Shown here piece after piece: positions 61,859 through 64,000 of a stretch of 64,000 nt of DNA. Source of the DNA: a virus. The stretch is from the IMG/VR virus record IMGVR_UViG_3300035492_000037; one strand, 5' to 3'. The notes under the pieces were generated by a model. That model did not search any database. It was not told the origin of the DNA and saw only the letters and a list, made by a program, of their open reading frames with translations. Both the position numbers and the translations under genes were made by a program. Position 1 is the first letter of the stretch. The number at the start of each line of letters is the position of its first letter.

Positions 61859-64000
61859 ATGACTTTCAACACCGGAAACCCTGTTGGCTCGACCGACGCG
61901 CGGGATCTGTACGACGACGCGCAGAATTTCGACAAGTTGAGCGTAGGGCCTGAGCGCTCCTATCCTGATCGACTTGGCGTGTCGCGCAAGAGCTGGGCAG
62001 GAATGGAGGCGGATTTTACAGACTTCCTGGCCGCGTCAGGCTTCGAGCCTGACGTTCTGGAATACATCGATGGCACCCCGTTGACGATCGACCGGCCCAC
62101 CCAGCTGATCGAGCGCGCGGCCACTCCCGGGATCCTGTACGCGATCAAGCTGCCTTCGGCGTTTCCTGCTTCGCTCTCCGGAAACTGGGCAGACGACGAT
62201 GCGCTTCTTGTTATTCGGGTTGATGACTCGCTGCGACAGGAGCTGGCAGGAAGCGGCGGAGCGGGCATGCTTGGCTTCTCTCCATCTGGATCCTACCCCG
62301 CAGGAACTGTAGGCGAGGCGCTGCGCAGCACAATCAAGCCGGCAATTGCCTACGACTGGAACGGCGCGTCCGGCTCTGATGGGGCTCCCGCGATTCAGCA
62401 AGCCATAGACTCGACGGTAAAAGTTGCCGGCACGGTCAACCGAGGAGCTATTGAGCTTTTTGGTGGCGGTGAGTTCGCGATCTCGGCGCAGGTTGAAATC
62501 GATCAGAAAGCGCTTCTGCTAAGTGGTAATAAAGCGCTGGTGAAGTGGACCGGAAGCGGTGCATCTTCTTCTATGATCCGCATTGTCGATTCTTCCCAGT
62601 GCCACCTAAAAGACTTGGCGCTGATCGGCGATGCCGCTAACCCCCCGTTCGCGGCAATCTATGGCGAGGCCCTTTCTCCGCGCAGAGTAAAAGGCACAAA
62701 TGAGTATTGCACGCTAGAAAACATCATAATTGGCCGCCGTTTTATGCTGGACACGGACACGGGCGGCAGCATTTCAAATGACGGCGCTGGCAGGGTGCAG
62801 AACGGCATTGTCATCGGCGGGGCTTTCGACGGCGACAACGACGAGTGGCGCATTCGTAACGTCCAAGTAAGCGGTCATACAGGCGTAGCGTTCGATTTCC
62901 GTAACGCCCAAAGTATTTGGTCCAGTATCTACGATACTTTCGCAAACAATGGCGGGACCGGATATCGCCTTGGATGCAACATGACAATGTTTAACGTCAC
63001 CAGCAACCGGCAGACAGTTGCGGACATTGAAGGCATTCGCAATATTGAAGTGAGCATCTTCGGCATACAAGCCGAGCACTCAAACGTATTCATTCTTTCG
63101 AAGAGCGGCGCATCGTTCTTTGTGAAGGGTGGCGAGCTACAGATGAAGACCACAACGGCAGGGAACTTTTTCCGGTGGGAAAATGGCGGCTCGATGGTTC
63201 TGGAAGACCTGTATGTTGAAAACATCGAAAGCGGCTACAAAACCATCTACTACCGGCCAGGGTCCGTCAAGGGCGGCCTGATCCGAGTCCGAAACTGCAC
63301 GATCCAAGGCGGCGATCTGCGGGATACTTGGGACATTGATACAAGCTCATCCGTGGCGATGCCTGTGGAAATCGACATTGACCACGGCATCTTCAAATGG
63401 AAGACGGCGCGCCCATACGCTGACAGAGCCCTGACGATGCCGGCAGTTGCTGCGTCCGCATCTGGAATTGTTGCATCAGGTAACGCTAAGACGCCGTTTG
63501 GCGAGTTTTTCCATGCAGCATATCAGTTTAACCCGCAAGGACAGCACATAACGCCAGCAATCGACGCCGATAACCAGATTAGGGCAAGGATTTTCAACGT
63601 GACCGGGTCAGCAGTCACATTGCCGTCTGGCCGAATGCGCTGGATGGATGTTGGCGACCACGTTATTTCGCGCGGGTCGGCTTTGATAGACGCGCCGCTT
63701 ATGGCGAACAACACAGGGCACACAGCTACAATTAGTGTGCCAGGCGTGCGGCTAGGTGATTTTGTGGCATGGGGCGCTGGCGCAAGTTACATCAATAACA
63801 TCGTGGCTGCGTATGTGAGTGCCGATGATACTGTTTCGCTGCGTATCCATAACGCCACAGGCGGAAATAGCGACCCAGCAGCTACGACACTGTACGCAGC
63901 AAAGCTGCGTGAGTTCGGGCGCTTCCAGGGCGGGTTGGTTTACACTCCAGCTGCCATTGCAAACGGTGCGACGGTCACGCTTAGCGTGAGTATCCCTGGT
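61859..64000 (+). CDS. Tailspike/receptor-binding protein with a probable beta-helix, 3'-truncated by the window edge
   Basis: GGAG RBS; FNTGNPVGSTDARDLYD.AQNFD N-terminus; D.APAIQQAID start of a pectate-lyase-like domain; no stop seen by eye before 64000, hence absent from the ORF track. Confidence 0.8.
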   Translation, partial: MTFNTGNPVGSTDARDLYDDAQNFDKLSVGPERSYPDRLGVSRKSWAGMEADFTDFLAASGFEPDVLEYIDGTPLTIDRPTQLIERAATPGILYAIKLPSAFPASLSGNWADDDALLVIRVDDSLRQELAGSGGAGMLGFSPSGSYPAGTVGEALRSTIKPAIAYDWNGASGSDGAPAIQQAIDSTVKVAGTVNRGAIELFGGGEFAISAQVEIDQKALLLSGNKALVKWTGSGASSSMIRIVDSSQCHLKDLALIGDAANPPFAAIYGEALSPRRVKGTNEYCTLENIIIGRRFMLDTDTGGSISNDGAGRVQNGIVIGGAFDGDNDEWRIRNVQVSGHTGVAFDFRNAQSIWSSIYDTFANNGGTGYRLGCNMTMFNVTSNRQTVADIEGIRNIEVSIFGIQAEHSNVFILSKSGASFFVKGGELQMKTTTAGNFFRWENGGSMVLEDLYVENIESGYKTIYYRPGSVKGGLIRVRNCTIQGGDLRDTWDIDTSSSVAMPVEIDIDHGIFKWKTARPYADRALTMPAVAASASGIVASGNAKTPFGEFFHAAYQFNPQGQHITPAIDADNQIRARIFNVTGSAVTLPSGRMRWMDVGDHVISRGSALIDAPLMANNTGHTATISVPGVRLGDFVAWGAGASYINNIVAAYVSADDTVSLRIHNATGGNSDPAATTLYAAKLREFGRFQGGLVYTPAAIANGATVTLSVSIPG

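Larger units (their letters stand above)
18636..64000 (+). mobile_element. Prophage 2 (dusA-integrating siphovirus), continues right of the window
   Basis: Complete lambdoid gene order from integrase to tailspike. Confidence 0.9.

Noticed and set aside
1-64000. CRISPR array, rRNA, retron/DGR reverse transcriptase, invertase shufflon
   Set aside because: No regularly spaced repeats, rRNA-like tracts, RT motifs or inverted fibre cassettes were seen by eye

Overview
The window is entirely prophage DNA from a GC-rich, Pseudomonas-like host (host inferred from gene content). It holds two different siphovirus-type prophages in tandem. Prophage 1 (1 to about 18635) is the late end of a lambda-like phage: S49 protease, head decoration protein, capsid E, tail, fibres, endolysin, spanins and a terminal SLOG gene. 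At 18569-18730 (-) there is an orphan 5' fragment of dusA (…SRRFSVAPMMD) divergent from a tyrosine integrase, which marks an att junction between two elements stacked in dusA. Prophage 2 (about 18636 to beyond 64000) runs from integrase through the early-left operon, RecT/YqaJ, the cI/cro switch, replication, nin region, Q, holin, terminase, head and tail genes to a partial tailspike. Main findings: (1) an anti-CRISPR operon between Q and the late promoter, with a strong sigma70 promoter, an Aca1-type palindromic operator, two small ORFs I cannot match to any Acr I recall, and a clear aca1 homologue; (2) a 2200-bp ISL3 element with 21-bp inverted repeats, an 8-bp target duplication and two passenger genes; (3) the tandem dusA integration; (4) a tRNA-like RNA inside a 19-bp stem. 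All product calls come from motif recognition, not database searches.
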